64,000 nucleotides of DNA from an uncultured Clostridia bacterium. Lineage in GTDB: Bacteria; Bacillota; Clostridia; Christensenellales; Borkfalkiaceae. The DNA is taken from assembly GCA_964504025.1 (NCBI GenBank), contig CAZDCO010000001.1, forward strand, positions 1,397 through 65,396. The letters run 5' to 3'. Every line of letters starts with the position of its first letter. Positions within the stretch are counted from its first letter, which is position 1. The position numbers and the translations under genes are program-made. Below the pieces are notes generated by a model. It was not told the origin of the DNA, ran no database searches, and worked only from the letters and a program-made list of their open reading frames with translations. This document shows, piece by piece, positions 45,665 to 55,365 of the stretch.

Positions 45665-47788
45665 ATGAAAAAGAAATCAACCATTATTATATCTACGATT
45701 TTAGCACTCAGCACGTTGCTTGCTACCGGCTGCCAGCAAGGCGGCACGGGTGGCGGCGACGGACTGGGCGGTGGTAAAAACGAACAATTTCGTTATACCT
45801 ACGCCGATGCCGTACACGATTATACCGCGCCAGAAATCGAAGGCGAATATATCGTTAAAGACGGCGCAACCGATTTCGTGGTAGTTTATCCCGCCGACGG
45901 CGACAACTATATCAAGACGGCGTTGGACGAATTGCAAATCTTCTTCAAGAAGGCTACGGGTATCGATCTCATTGCCGTGAACGATTCCACGGAAAACAGC
46001 GTTTTGACGAATTCTAACGCAAAACGTATTTCGTTGGGTGAAACGTCCGTATTCAAGAGCTTGGATGAAACCGAACAAGATGAAATGTACGGTCCGAAAA
46101 AAGCGCAGCTCGGTACGGATGGTATCCGTATCGTAACCAAGGATAATACGATTTATATCCTCGGTGGCGGTAGCAAGGGCGTTATGTACGGCGTGTACGA
46201 CTTCTTGCAAATTTGCTTCAATTACGAGTACTATTATCGTAACTGTATCCAAATCGATACCGGCGTTAAGAACTTGAAGATGAGAGATTTTAACGTAACC
46301 GATATCCCCGATGCGGCGAACCGCAGATACACGACGGGTACGGTTTTGAAAACCGACTGCTGGGGCTTCGAGCTTGAAAGCGGTTTGGTAACTTCGACCG
46401 ACGCGCAAAGACAGATGTATCGTATGCGTGAAACGAACGGTACCGAAGAATTCATGCAAATCTATAAATACTACGACAACTATAACTCGCCTTGGTCGTA
46501 CGGTTTCCACAGCATTGCAACTTTCGTATATCCCGGTTGTAAGAATAGAGAAGGCAACGTAATTTGGAGAGAAAACTGGAAGAGTGATGGCGGTCAGTTC
46601 GGCGGCGAGTGGGAAATTTGTTATACCGCGCACGGCAATCAAGAAGACTACGACGCGTTGGTAGAAGCTTGTGCGGACAAAGTCATTTATTCGTTGGAAA
46701 ATTCCGCTTTGGACAACAAAAAGATTTTCGGTATGACGACGCTTGACGGCGGTATGCAATGTACGTGTGATGCATGCGAAGCGTTGAAGGTAGAGGACGG
46801 CGCGTATTCCGGTGCGATGGTTCGTTTTGCGAACAAAGTAATGGAAAAGGTACAGGATTGGAAAGAATACAATGATAAAGCCGATCGCGAATTGTTGTGC
46901 TACATCTTCGCGTACGGTCCTCACGAAAAGCCCCCCGTCAAACAAAACTCTAAGGGCGAATATATAGCTGCAAACGAACACGTAATTTGTCGCGACGACG
47001 TAGGTATCTTCCTTTGTATGCCTACCACGAGAACGACTATTTACCGTCAAGAAGAAGGGGAGGATTTCACGACTCGTTGGCCGTACGTCGATCAATGGGC
47101 TAAGTGCGCAAAGACGATGTACAACTGGTTGTACGTAGGTCGTTTCCAAAACTATTCGGCATTCCGTGACGATTTCAACACGAGTGGTCCCGACTACTAT
47201 GCGTACTTGTTCAGCAAGGGTTCGACTTATATTATGAACCAAACGGACTGGATGTCGGATACGATGACGTCGTTCAACGTATTGAAAGACTACACCTGTT
47301 CCCGTTTGATGTGGGATTGTTCGTTGGATATCGTAACGCTCGTTAAAAACTACTTTAACGCGATGTATAAAGACGCGGCGGACACCATGTATGAAATTTT
47401 CAACATGATGCGTGCGCACGATCATACGATCAGCCAAGTCGATACATCGGTATACGGCGAAGCGACGAAAGCGGAGTATTATCCCTACCACGGTTATTTG
47501 CTTCCTTTGATCAACAAGTTTGAACTAGCGTTGACGGAAATTGAAGATTTGAAGATCACGAACCCCGGCGAATACGAGCTTGTTCGCAAGAGAATCGAAA
47601 CGGAATACGTAGGTCCTTTGTATTTGACGTTGAAGCATTACGCAAACACGTCGCCGTTGTCGCCGTTGGATACGGCAACCACGTTGCTTTACAAGCAAAA
47701 ACTGGTTGATATCACGAGCGCAATAGGTTTCAGCGTTTCCGAGTTGGATCCCGCAAACGGTATGAAAGACGTGGCGATGGCTATCTAA
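45665..47788 (+). CDS. Surface lipoprotein (707 aa), DUF4838-like (GH20/GH67-N-like fold) candidate glycan-active protein
   Basis: Lipobox LLATGCQQG. The IYILGGGSKGVMYGVYDFLQ and MQCTCDACEALK motifs resemble those I recall for DUF4838 proteins. Confidence 0.5.
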   Translation: MKKKSTIIISTILALSTLLATGCQQGGTGGGDGLGGGKNEQFRYTYADAVHDYTAPEIEGEYIVKDGATDFVVVYPADGDNYIKTALDELQIFFKKATGIDLIAVNDSTENSVLTNSNAKRISLGETSVFKSLDETEQDEMYGPKKAQLGTDGIRIVTKDNTIYILGGGSKGVMYGVYDFLQICFNYEYYYRNCIQIDTGVKNLKMRDFNVTDIPDAANRRYTTGTVLKTDCWGFELESGLVTSTDAQRQMYRMRETNGTEEFMQIYKYYDNYNSPWSYGFHSIATFVYPGCKNREGNVIWRENWKSDGGQFGGEWEICYTAHGNQEDYDALVEACADKVIYSLENSALDNKKIFGMTTLDGGMQCTCDACEALKVEDGAYSGAMVRFANKVMEKVQDWKEYNDKADRELLCYIFAYGPHEKPPVKQNSKGEYIAANEHVICRDDVGIFLCMPTTRTTIYRQEEGEDFTTRWPYVDQWAKCAKTMYNWLYVGRFQNYSAFRDDFNTSGPDYYAYLFSKGSTYIMNQTDWMSDTMTSFNVLKDYTCSRLMWDCSLDIVTLVKNYFNAMYKDAADTMYEIFNMMRAHDHTISQVDTSVYGEATKAEYYPYHGYLLPLINKFELALTEIEDLKITNPGEYELVRKRIETEYVGPLYLTLKHYANTSPLSPLDTATTLLYKQKLVDITSAIGFSVSELDPANGMKDVAMAI

Positions 47789-47801
47789 AAGGTGGTAAAA
47801 G

Positions 47802-50018
47802 ATGATCAATAAAAAAGTAAAAATTTTATGTGCAGCTTTAATGGCAGCTTCGTTGTCGTTGATCGCTGTCGGCTGTCAAGGAGGAGGCAACTCCTCCGGT
47901 GGCGGTACGAGCGGTGGCACGGCAGGTGGCAACGGTACGCAATGGGTAGAAGCCGGGAACGGCGCAACCGCAACGTTAGACGGAGTTCCTGCCTCGCGCG
48001 ACTTCATCATTGGTGAAACGGCGTTGCTTTCGCCGACGTACACCCGCGTAGACGGCTATTCGATGCGCTACACTTCGTCCGACCCGAGCGTAGTTACGGT
48101 CAGCCGACTTGGTGAAATCGAAGCGGTCGGCGTAGGCGAAGCGACGATCACGGTACAATATTCCGACGGCACGAACGGTGTAACGAAGGAGTGCGCGGTA
48201 ACGGTCAGCTTGGGGCAATACGTACCCACGTTGAACGTATCCGGTGAAGTGAACGGTAAGGTATCGATGACGAAAGATACGTCGTATACCATTCAAACGT
48301 ACGTCGATTATATGAACAAAGCCTTCCAAGGCGCACAGTTGACGTACGAAATCGACGATGAGACGGTAGCGACGATCGATGAAACGGGTAAAATCACCCC
48401 GATAAAGACGGGCACGGCGGAAATTCGTATCAAGGGTACGTGGAACGGCGCAACGCTGGATACCTGTACCGTAGCGTTGGAAGTTATGCCCTCGGTCGTG
48501 TTCCTCAACAACGGCGAAGCGTTTGAAAGCGTAGTGACGTTGTATACGACGGCTACCTTCGCAGGCAAGTCGTACAGAACGACGATGGATAATATGTTTA
48601 CCGTATCGGTTGACGGCGGTAGCAACTATGACGCCAACGTAGAGTTCGAAACGGCGGAAGGCGAGTCGATTGCCACGTTGGGCTTCGCGAACATTACCGC
48701 AAAGACGTACGGCACAACGCAAGTTAGAGTATATAAAGAAATTAACGGCAAAACCTATGAACGCACGTTCGAATTGAGAGTAGAACGTCCGTTTATGACG
48801 GTAAGCGAAACCGTACCCCTTTTCGCAACGAATTTGGGTACGTGGGTAGACGAAAAGGATAGCAACGCAAGAAAGGGCTTGCTCGAATTCGACGCGATCA
48901 AGAACAACCTGATTGACGGTGCAAACACGTTGGTAGACGTATATCAAGACGGCAAGAAGTTGACGTTCGATAACGCCACGGGCGTGATCAACGGCGTAAC
49001 ATCCTCCAAGAATAGCGAACGCGGTACGGCAACCTTGACGATCGGTACGGCGAAAACGATGTACGAAGTGAAAATGGAAACGCTCGGCAACGTAGTGTAT
49101 TCCGTGGATGACTTGGTAGCGATGGGCAACTCCGGTGTGCACGATAACTATTGGGAATTGCAAAACAATATCGACGCGACGGGTAAGACGATCACCAACA
49201 CAAGTTCGTCGTTTACGGGCACGTTCAACGGCAACGGCTACACGATCAGCAACTTGACGCTCGCGGAAAATTCGTCGTTGTTCGGTAGTGGTTCTAAGAC
49301 CAGCGTCGTGAAGAACCTCGCGTTGAAAAACCTCACGGCAACCAAAGCGTACTACTTCTTCACAAGGGGCGCAGGCGACGGTACGACGATCGATAACGTC
49401 TACATACAACTCAGTAGCGCGACGACCCATCCGAGAGGACTTGTATCGTACAGCGGTGATGGCGGTATGCAAGTGTTTACCAGCGTCCTCATTGAATACA
49501 ATTCGTCGATTCGTTACGATTCGGAGTACGGCTCGAACCAAGGCGTGTTGATCGGCGACTTGTCCATCACGAACCCTGGAACAGGCTTTAAAACCTTCAA
49601 CGGTGAAAAGCGCGTAGATAGAGAATGGGTAAACGTCTTTGTTGTTTCCAAGTACGTTCTTTCCTACAATCCTACGCAAATGCAATCGATCGTAAACGGT
49701 GGCACAGTGTACGAAGCAGTAGGCGTATACGGCGCAAACGAAACGAAGGACCTCAAGAACAACGCCGTAGTTGCCGGTACGTATAACAACGGTTCGGGAG
49801 ACGTGAACCGCGAACACAGTGCCGTACACACCGACGACGGCAAGACTTATTATAACGTGCAGCTGCAAAAAGCGTACCGCTACGATACGCTTGCGGATAT
49901 GACGGCGAAGGACACGGCGTTCAGCAAAGCCGACCTTAGCACGTTCAATTCTGAATTCTGGACGACTTCCACGAGTAAAGGTGCAAAGACCCTCGTTTGG
50001 AGAGGAAGACAGGCGTAA
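47802..50018 (+). CDS. Surface lipoprotein (738 aa) with Big_2-like Ig domains and a GLUG/beta-helix-like module
   Basis: Lipobox LIAVGCQGG. SSDPSVVTVSRLGEIEAVGVGEATITV is Big_2-like, and FTGTFNGNGYTISNLTL is a GLUG-type module. Confidence 0.6.
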   Translation: MINKKVKILCAALMAASLSLIAVGCQGGGNSSGGGTSGGTAGGNGTQWVEAGNGATATLDGVPASRDFIIGETALLSPTYTRVDGYSMRYTSSDPSVVTVSRLGEIEAVGVGEATITVQYSDGTNGVTKECAVTVSLGQYVPTLNVSGEVNGKVSMTKDTSYTIQTYVDYMNKAFQGAQLTYEIDDETVATIDETGKITPIKTGTAEIRIKGTWNGATLDTCTVALEVMPSVVFLNNGEAFESVVTLYTTATFAGKSYRTTMDNMFTVSVDGGSNYDANVEFETAEGESIATLGFANITAKTYGTTQVRVYKEINGKTYERTFELRVERPFMTVSETVPLFATNLGTWVDEKDSNARKGLLEFDAIKNNLIDGANTLVDVYQDGKKLTFDNATGVINGVTSSKNSERGTATLTIGTAKTMYEVKMETLGNVVYSVDDLVAMGNSGVHDNYWELQNNIDATGKTITNTSSSFTGTFNGNGYTISNLTLAENSSLFGSGSKTSVVKNLALKNLTATKAYYFFTRGAGDGTTIDNVYIQLSSATTHPRGLVSYSGDGGMQVFTSVLIEYNSSIRYDSEYGSNQGVLIGDLSITNPGTGFKTFNGEKRVDREWVNVFVVSKYVLSYNPTQMQSIVNGGTVYEAVGVYGANETKDLKNNAVVAGTYNNGSGDVNREHSAVHTDDGKTYYNVQLQKAYRYDTLADMTAKDTAFSKADLSTFNSEFWTTSTSKGAKTLVWRGRQA

Positions 50019-50032
50019 GACGAAAACGGCAA

Positions 50033-50140
50033 GAGATTGCCACGCTGCGCTCGCAATGACAATAAGTCGCTCGCAATGACAAAACGACGGCGCATGGTCG
50101 CCCCCTGTCATTGCGAGGAGCGAAGCGACGAAGCAATCTC
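50033..50140. repeat. Palindromic REP/MITE-like intergenic element
   Basis: GAGATTGC...GCTCGCAATGACA occurs with GCTCGCAATGACA as a direct repeat x2. It faces the inverted TGTCATTGCGAG GAGCGAAGCGACGAAGCAATCTC. This sequence family recurs in many bacterial intergenic regions and translates to CHCEERSDEAIS-type spurious ORFs. Confidence 0.7.
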
Positions 50141-50230
50141 TCGGCGTGCACCGCGCGAAAAAAGCGACGGTGCGAACACACAAAATGTAAACAAGTTTGA
50201 AAAAAAACATAAAGGAGGTAACCACACACA

Positions 50231-50695
50231 ATGAAAAAGAAATGGATAGCATGTCTTTGTGCGGCAACGGTGTTAGGCTTCAGCGCGTTGGCTTGCGGTT
50301 GTGATCTGAGCGGTTTGTTAGGCACTACTCAAAGCACGGGCAGCACCAACGTCGAAGAAGGCGTATCGACCGGAAACGGCGGCAACTCTGCGTCGAGCAG
50401 CACGAACAACGACAACAGCTCCTCTTCTTCGACGGTAAAGGAAACGTACACCGTAACCTTTAAGCACGAAGACGGCACGGTAATCAACACCGTAACGGTA
50501 ACGGAAGGAGAAAAAATCCCCGCAGCCCAAAAGCCTGACGATCCCAGTAAACAACCCACCGGCGTGTCTACGTCTTACGAATTTGACGGCTGGTACAACG
50601 GTACGGACAAATGGGACTTCAACACCGACACCGTGGACGAGAACGTTGAGTTAACCGCAAAATTCAAAGAGGTAAAATTCGGTCCTCACGCTTAA
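50231..50695 (+). CDS. Small surface lipoprotein with a Listeria-Bacteroides (Flg_new) repeat
   Basis: Lipobox LACGCD, an S/N-rich linker, and YTVTFKHEDGTVINTVTVTEGEKI...YEFDGWYNGTDKWDF typical of Flg_new repeats. Confidence 0.7.
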   Translation: MKKKWIACLCAATVLGFSALACGCDLSGLLGTTQSTGSTNVEEGVSTGNGGNSASSSTNNDNSSSSSTVKETYTVTFKHEDGTVINTVTVTEGEKIPAAQKPDDPSKQPTGVSTSYEFDGWYNGTDKWDFNTDTVDENVELTAKFKEVKFGPHA

Positions 50696-50722
50696 TGTAG
50701 TTTCTTAAAGGAGAATAAACTT

Positions 50723-50884
50723 ATGGGAAATGAACAAACGCAAAAAAAGCCCTATAACTCTCCCATGGTAGTTGAGGTAACGTTTGAGGGCGACGTCATT
50801 TGTAGCAGTAGAGATGACGTATTTACAGTGACCAAAGACAACTGGTCTTGGTCTTGGCACGACGGTAGTAACATAGATCAATAA
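50723..50884 (+). CDS. Unlisted small ORF, 53 aa (MGNEQTQKKPYNSPMVVEVTFEGDVICSSRDDVFTVTKDNWSWSWHDGSNIDQ)
   Basis: An AAAGGAG RBS lies 8 nt upstream of ATG 50723. The ORF fills an otherwise empty 250-nt gap and is below the ORF-track size cut-off. Confidence 0.4.
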   Translation: MGNEQTQKKPYNSPMVVEVTFEGDVICSSRDDVFTVTKDNWSWSWHDGSNIDQ

Positions 50885-50946
50885 CCTACCGATCCCCGTG
50901 TAACAAAAAACACAAACTTTTTTTCTAATAATTAAGGAGACAAAAA

Positions 50947-53625
50947 ATGAGTAAGACAATAAAAAGAAACGTATTGATTGTTCTTTTTGCCGTTGTCGCA
51001 ACGTTTTCGTTGGCATTCTCGTTCGTATTCAAGAACGCGAAAGCTGAAGAGAGCTCGTCTACCGTATCTGCCGCAATCGGTCAAGCCGACGGCGTCGTGA
51101 TGCGGATGGGCGCGTCCGCTCGTCTGACGAGAAACGAAACGTATAGCGACGGTTTGCGTGAAATCGTAACCGTTACGAGCGACGTGTATAAAAAGTTGTC
51201 CGATACGAATTCGAAGACTTCGTTGCAAGTATGGTTCACTACCGCGCAAAATTTCGAGACGGCACAAAACCATTCCGTTGAACTTTTGAAAGCAAACTCT
51301 CAAGTATGCGAATTTAAAGTAAACGACTTGTATCCAGTAGGTGATCTTTACTACGGCAACGCAGTGTTGACCAACCTTTCGAGTAAGAACCAACAAGATC
51401 TTCAGTTCGTAGCAATCGGTGTATTGGCAACGACGACAGACGGTAAGACGACCTATCAACTTGGTAGATTCGAAGAAAATGACGTTGCAAACAATACCCG
51501 TTCGTTGTACGAACGCGTAAACGCAGCGTTCTTGTGCGGCGATGACGAATCTAACGCAATTTTGGCGAACTCCACCTATAATAGCTGGTACGGCAAGGAT
51601 AATCACCCGATCATGATCAATACGCAAGAAGATTACAGCAACTTGATCGCACGCGCAAAGAATAACAATTTGAGCAACTTGACAGCGATCAAAAAGTCTT
51701 CCGACACCTTCACGGGCGAATTTGCGACTAGCGCGTATGCACCTTCGGTAAAAAATACCGTACAAGTAACCGTAAAAGCAAACGGTAAGACGACGGTAAT
51801 CAACGTTCTGGAAAAATCGGATATCACTTCCAAATTGAACGGCTTAAAACCTGCCGATACCGATGACAAGTATTTCGATAGCTGGTCGGTAGAGGGCGAA
51901 GGCTCTATCACCAACGTTGCGTCGAATATCACCGTCAACGCCGTCATGAACGATTATCTCACGATAACCGTAGTGGATAAATATAACACCGAAAACGAAA
52001 ACGCAACCATTAAGACGATCGGAAAAGTGAAAGAAGGCGATCTCCTTGCCGATTATATCAACAAAACTACGTTTGCAAGCGCAGCGAAACCCACGGACGC
52101 TTCGCATAGGGGCTATATCGTTACGCCGAACGGTAGCGAAGCAAGCAAAGTTTCCTCTTTGGATAACATCACAGTATCGAAGAACACCACGATCTCTCTT
52201 TGGATGGCATTGCTTCAAAATATTCAAGTAAACGTGAAAGTGGAAGCTTATAAAGCAACGTGGAATGGTAGAGATTTTAACGATACCAAGTTCCCTGGTT
52301 GGGTAAGGATGAGAGCTGCTAACGAGAGCACTTATCTTGATAAATCGGATGAATTTACCGATTTGCCGCAGGTTACGGGCTACGAAGATGAAAAGATCGA
52401 CCTGGCTGCGTTCATGGCTAAGTTGCCTGAGCAATATAAGCTGAACACGACGGCGGCGTTGAACGGCGGCGTTACCATCGACGGTACGACGTTTGCAACC
52501 AACCAAGATATCGTAGAGGGTGAGAACTCGATTGACATTTACTTGGATGCAAATGTTGAAGTGCTCGGTTTCAGCTTGACAGATCTTTACATCGGTGCAA
52601 ATATGTCTGAGTATGGTGATAACTATAACTCTTGCACGGAGTATTTTACCTTGACGAGACGTGAGAACGGTGACGTTGGCGCAATGGTATTCTTTAACGC
52701 TTCTGCTTACAACTCTTTTGTAAATGGTATCGGTATTCTTTTGCCTAAAGATGTAGATAAGCAGCACTATTCTTCCGTTGAAGTAGAATCTGATTATATT
52801 TCGGACAAAAACTTCTATATTAATATCATAGGTTCTAATCTAGAAGAGCTTAAGGCTGCTGGCAATTTCTCGAACGGTGCTGGCGACTATCTCGGTAAAG
52901 GTGCCATGTCGGCGGCCTGGGGTGAGCCAACTCAAACGTTTAAAAACTTGAACGGTGATATCATGAAGTGCGAAACTGAATTCGTAGATTGTACGGATGT
53001 TGTCTTCACGACTCCGTCGGCTGGTAACTATATGAATGCGACTGTATTCTTGAAGTCGATTACGTATAGTGCGAAAGCGAACATTCCTACCGACGAGAAC
53101 ACCACCATGGATGCTACGGAATTGAAGAAGTATGTAAGAGCGCTCTCCAAGGCAGGTACGTTTAGCATCGTAGAAGACGGCGACACGACGGCGTTGCGCT
53201 ATACGGCAACGGAAGATGAGGTGATGACGCTCAGTAATGGTTGGGGTATCGGGTTCTACTTCAACGATATCGATATCACCAAATTTGAGAGCATCAAGGT
53301 TACCTTCAAGATGGCCGCGGACTATTCGAGAAATATTCGTTTCGATGTGAACGATGGTAGCGTTGGATTGAACTTCAACCCCGCTTTGGCAAACAATGGT
53401 AAGATTTGTACATTAGACGTTTTGAATCTTCCCGACTATAACGGTACGGGTGGATGCACATCTAATGACTACACGAACTTTATTAAAAACGGTACGCCGA
53501 TTACGTCGATTCGCTTGTCTACGGCAGCTCCTCGTGGATCAAATGACAATACTGATAGTGGCTTCACAATCGACGTTTACAGCATCGAGTTCGTCATTAA
53601 GAAGGCTGAAACTCCCCAAGCGTAA
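50947..53625 (+). CDS. Large secreted protein (892 aa), function unknown, contains a Flg_new-like repeat
   Basis: AAGGAG RBS, signal peptide VLIVLFAVVATFSLAFSFVFKNAKA, and an internal YFDSWSVEG repeat module. Confidence 0.6.
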   Translation: MSKTIKRNVLIVLFAVVATFSLAFSFVFKNAKAEESSSTVSAAIGQADGVVMRMGASARLTRNETYSDGLREIVTVTSDVYKKLSDTNSKTSLQVWFTTAQNFETAQNHSVELLKANSQVCEFKVNDLYPVGDLYYGNAVLTNLSSKNQQDLQFVAIGVLATTTDGKTTYQLGRFEENDVANNTRSLYERVNAAFLCGDDESNAILANSTYNSWYGKDNHPIMINTQEDYSNLIARAKNNNLSNLTAIKKSSDTFTGEFATSAYAPSVKNTVQVTVKANGKTTVINVLEKSDITSKLNGLKPADTDDKYFDSWSVEGEGSITNVASNITVNAVMNDYLTITVVDKYNTENENATIKTIGKVKEGDLLADYINKTTFASAAKPTDASHRGYIVTPNGSEASKVSSLDNITVSKNTTISLWMALLQNIQVNVKVEAYKATWNGRDFNDTKFPGWVRMRAANESTYLDKSDEFTDLPQVTGYEDEKIDLAAFMAKLPEQYKLNTTAALNGGVTIDGTTFATNQDIVEGENSIDIYLDANVEVLGFSLTDLYIGANMSEYGDNYNSCTEYFTLTRRENGDVGAMVFFNASAYNSFVNGIGILLPKDVDKQHYSSVEVESDYISDKNFYINIIGSNLEELKAAGNFSNGAGDYLGKGAMSAAWGEPTQTFKNLNGDIMKCETEFVDCTDVVFTTPSAGNYMNATVFLKSITYSAKANIPTDENTTMDATELKKYVRALSKAGTFSIVEDGDTTALRYTATEDEVMTLSNGWGIGFYFNDIDITKFESIKVTFKMAADYSRNIRFDVNDGSVGLNFNPALANNGKICTLDVLNLPDYNGTGGCTSNDYTNFIKNGTPITSIRLSTAAPRGSNDNTDSGFTIDVYSIEFVIKKAETPQA

Positions 53626-53753
53626 CGCGTAAGGAAAACTTCGTGTCTATACGATACGATATCGAAAAAAATAACGTAATATAGCACGACGGCGGAGTTG
53701 TTGCGAAAAATGCTCGCAGCAACTCCGTTTCCGTCGCTATCAAGGATAAAAAC

Positions 53754-54953
53754 ATGAAAGATTATCAATACGTAAAAGATTTTCAAAACTTAGGCATAGG
53801 TTTGTTCGTGCACTTCGGCTTATACAGCAAGCTGGGCAAGGGCGAATGGTGCTTACACCTCAACAAGCGGTTGACGGTGGAGCGGTATGAACGCCTCGCG
53901 CAAGAATTCCACGTCAAGAAGAACTGGGCGAAGGAGCTGGTCAAGACGGCGAAAGCGTTAGGGGCGCGGTATATCACGATCACTACGCGCCACCACGACG
54001 GCTTTTCGTTGTACGACACGAAAGGGTTATCGACGTACGACAGCATGCAATGCTGCGGTCGCGATCTGATGGGCGAATTCGTTGCGGCGTGTCGCGAGGG
54101 GGGGATCGTACCCTTCTTCTATCACACTCTGCTCGATTGGCACGTACCCGAATACAAGGAGAACTTCCCTGCGTATATCGACTATTTGGTGAAGAGTTTG
54201 GAGGTGCTTTGCACTTCGTACGGCGAGATCGGTGGTTTTTGGTTCGACGGCATGTGGGACAAGCCGGACGCGGACTGGCAAGAGGATCGGATCTACGGGA
54301 CGTTGAGAAAGTATCAACCGAACGCGATGATCATCAACAACACGGGTTTAAGCGCGCAAGGCAAAGTGGGGCATCCGGAGATCGACAGCGTTACCTTCGA
54401 GCGCGGTACGCCCACGATGGTGGGAGATTCGGACAGACCGCGTGCAAGCGAGATGTGTCAAATTTTGAACGATCACTGGGGATACGCGAAGAACGACTGC
54501 AACTACAAGTCGGTGAAGGAACTGATCAGCGATTTGGTGTCCTGTCGTTCGTGCAACTGCAATTTCCTATTGAACGTCGGTTTGATGGGGAACGGCGGCG
54601 TAAAACCGATTGACGGGTGTATTTTAGGCGAAATCGGGCACTGGATCAAGGCGAACAAAAGCTTTATCTACAAGGTGCACGCGTGTGATATTCAGGCGGA
54701 AAACGCCGTCGTCGTTACGGACGGAGAGTACTATTACGCGATCGGTACGAACTTCGTGGTCGGCGGCGACAACAACGTTGCGAAAGCCGGTGCGCAGACA
54801 ATGATCAAGGTGCACGCGGATATCTGCAATGCCACTTGGCTGGATAACGGCAAGAGAATTCGGTTGAAGAACAACTCGTTCGCGAACGAGCCGTTCGAAT
54901 ACGGTGCGAGCCTTGCGGTGCGCGTGGCGAAATTCTCGCTGAAAAACAAATAA
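53754..54953 (+). CDS. Alpha-L-fucosidase (GH29)
   Basis: GLFVHFGLYSKLGKGEWCLH and RYITITTRHHDGFSLYDT motifs typical of GH29. Confidence 0.85.
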   Translation: MKDYQYVKDFQNLGIGLFVHFGLYSKLGKGEWCLHLNKRLTVERYERLAQEFHVKKNWAKELVKTAKALGARYITITTRHHDGFSLYDTKGLSTYDSMQCCGRDLMGEFVAACREGGIVPFFYHTLLDWHVPEYKENFPAYIDYLVKSLEVLCTSYGEIGGFWFDGMWDKPDADWQEDRIYGTLRKYQPNAMIINNTGLSAQGKVGHPEIDSVTFERGTPTMVGDSDRPRASEMCQILNDHWGYAKNDCNYKSVKELISDLVSCRSCNCNFLLNVGLMGNGGVKPIDGCILGEIGHWIKANKSFIYKVHACDIQAENAVVVTDGEYYYAIGTNFVVGGDNNVAKAGAQTMIKVHADICNATWLDNGKRIRLKNNSFANEPFEYGASLAVRVAKFSLKNK

Positions 54954-54979
54954 GAGTGAAACGAGATAAACTCGATAGC

Positions 54980-55008
54980 TTGACAAGAGCGTCGTAAAAT
55001 GCTATACT
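54980..55008 (+). promoter_or_regulatory. Sigma-A-type promoter
   Basis: TTGACA (54980-54985), a 17-nt spacer ending in TGC, then TATACT (55003-55008). Confidence 0.65.
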
Positions 55009-55065
55009 GTTCTCAACGGGAGCGGAAAGCGTTTTACGGCGTTTTTTTGTTTGGTAGGGTAGAAT

Positions 55066-55350
55066 ATGAACGAATTCAAAATTGAAAACGAGTATGCGTT
55101 TTGGTAGAAAAATTGTGCCGACGACGAAGAATTGTACGGCGAGCTGACGGCGATTGCGGTAACGGACTTTGCGTTGGGGGTAGACGGGCTGCCGAAGAGT
55201 AACGTCGTACGGTTTAGAAACGACGATATGCGGATCATTTTCCGCCCGAGCGGCACAGAACCGAAATGGAAGCTGTATTTGCAAGTCAAAGGCGAAACGA
55301 AAGCGACGCTTGCGGAAGTCAGAAAGGCGGTAGAAACGCGTTTGTCGTAA
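55066..55350 (+). pseudogene. Remnant of a phosphoglucomutase/phosphomannomutase gene (N-terminal about 25 codons fused to C-terminal about 60 codons, in-frame TAG)
   Basis: MNEFKIENEYAFW*KNCADDEELYGELTAI resembles a PgcA-type N-terminus, and RPSGTEPKWKLY is the C-terminal PGM/PMM domain IV motif. The roughly 450 codons in between are missing. TAG is at 55105-55107. Confidence 0.65.
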
Positions 55351-55365
55351 GCGAAGGGAGAAAGT

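Noticed and set aside
50037-50234. 65-aa ORF (MPRCARNDNKSLAMTKRRRMVAPCHCEERSDEAIS...).
   Set aside because: It is the translation of the palindromic REP-like element. It has no RBS and matches the spurious-ORF pattern known for this repeat family.
55132-55350. 72-aa ORF as a bona fide small gene.
   Set aside because: It is the C-terminal fragment of a decayed phosphoglucomutase, in frame with an upstream ATG (55066) and an internal TAG. It is annotated as a pseudogene remnant.
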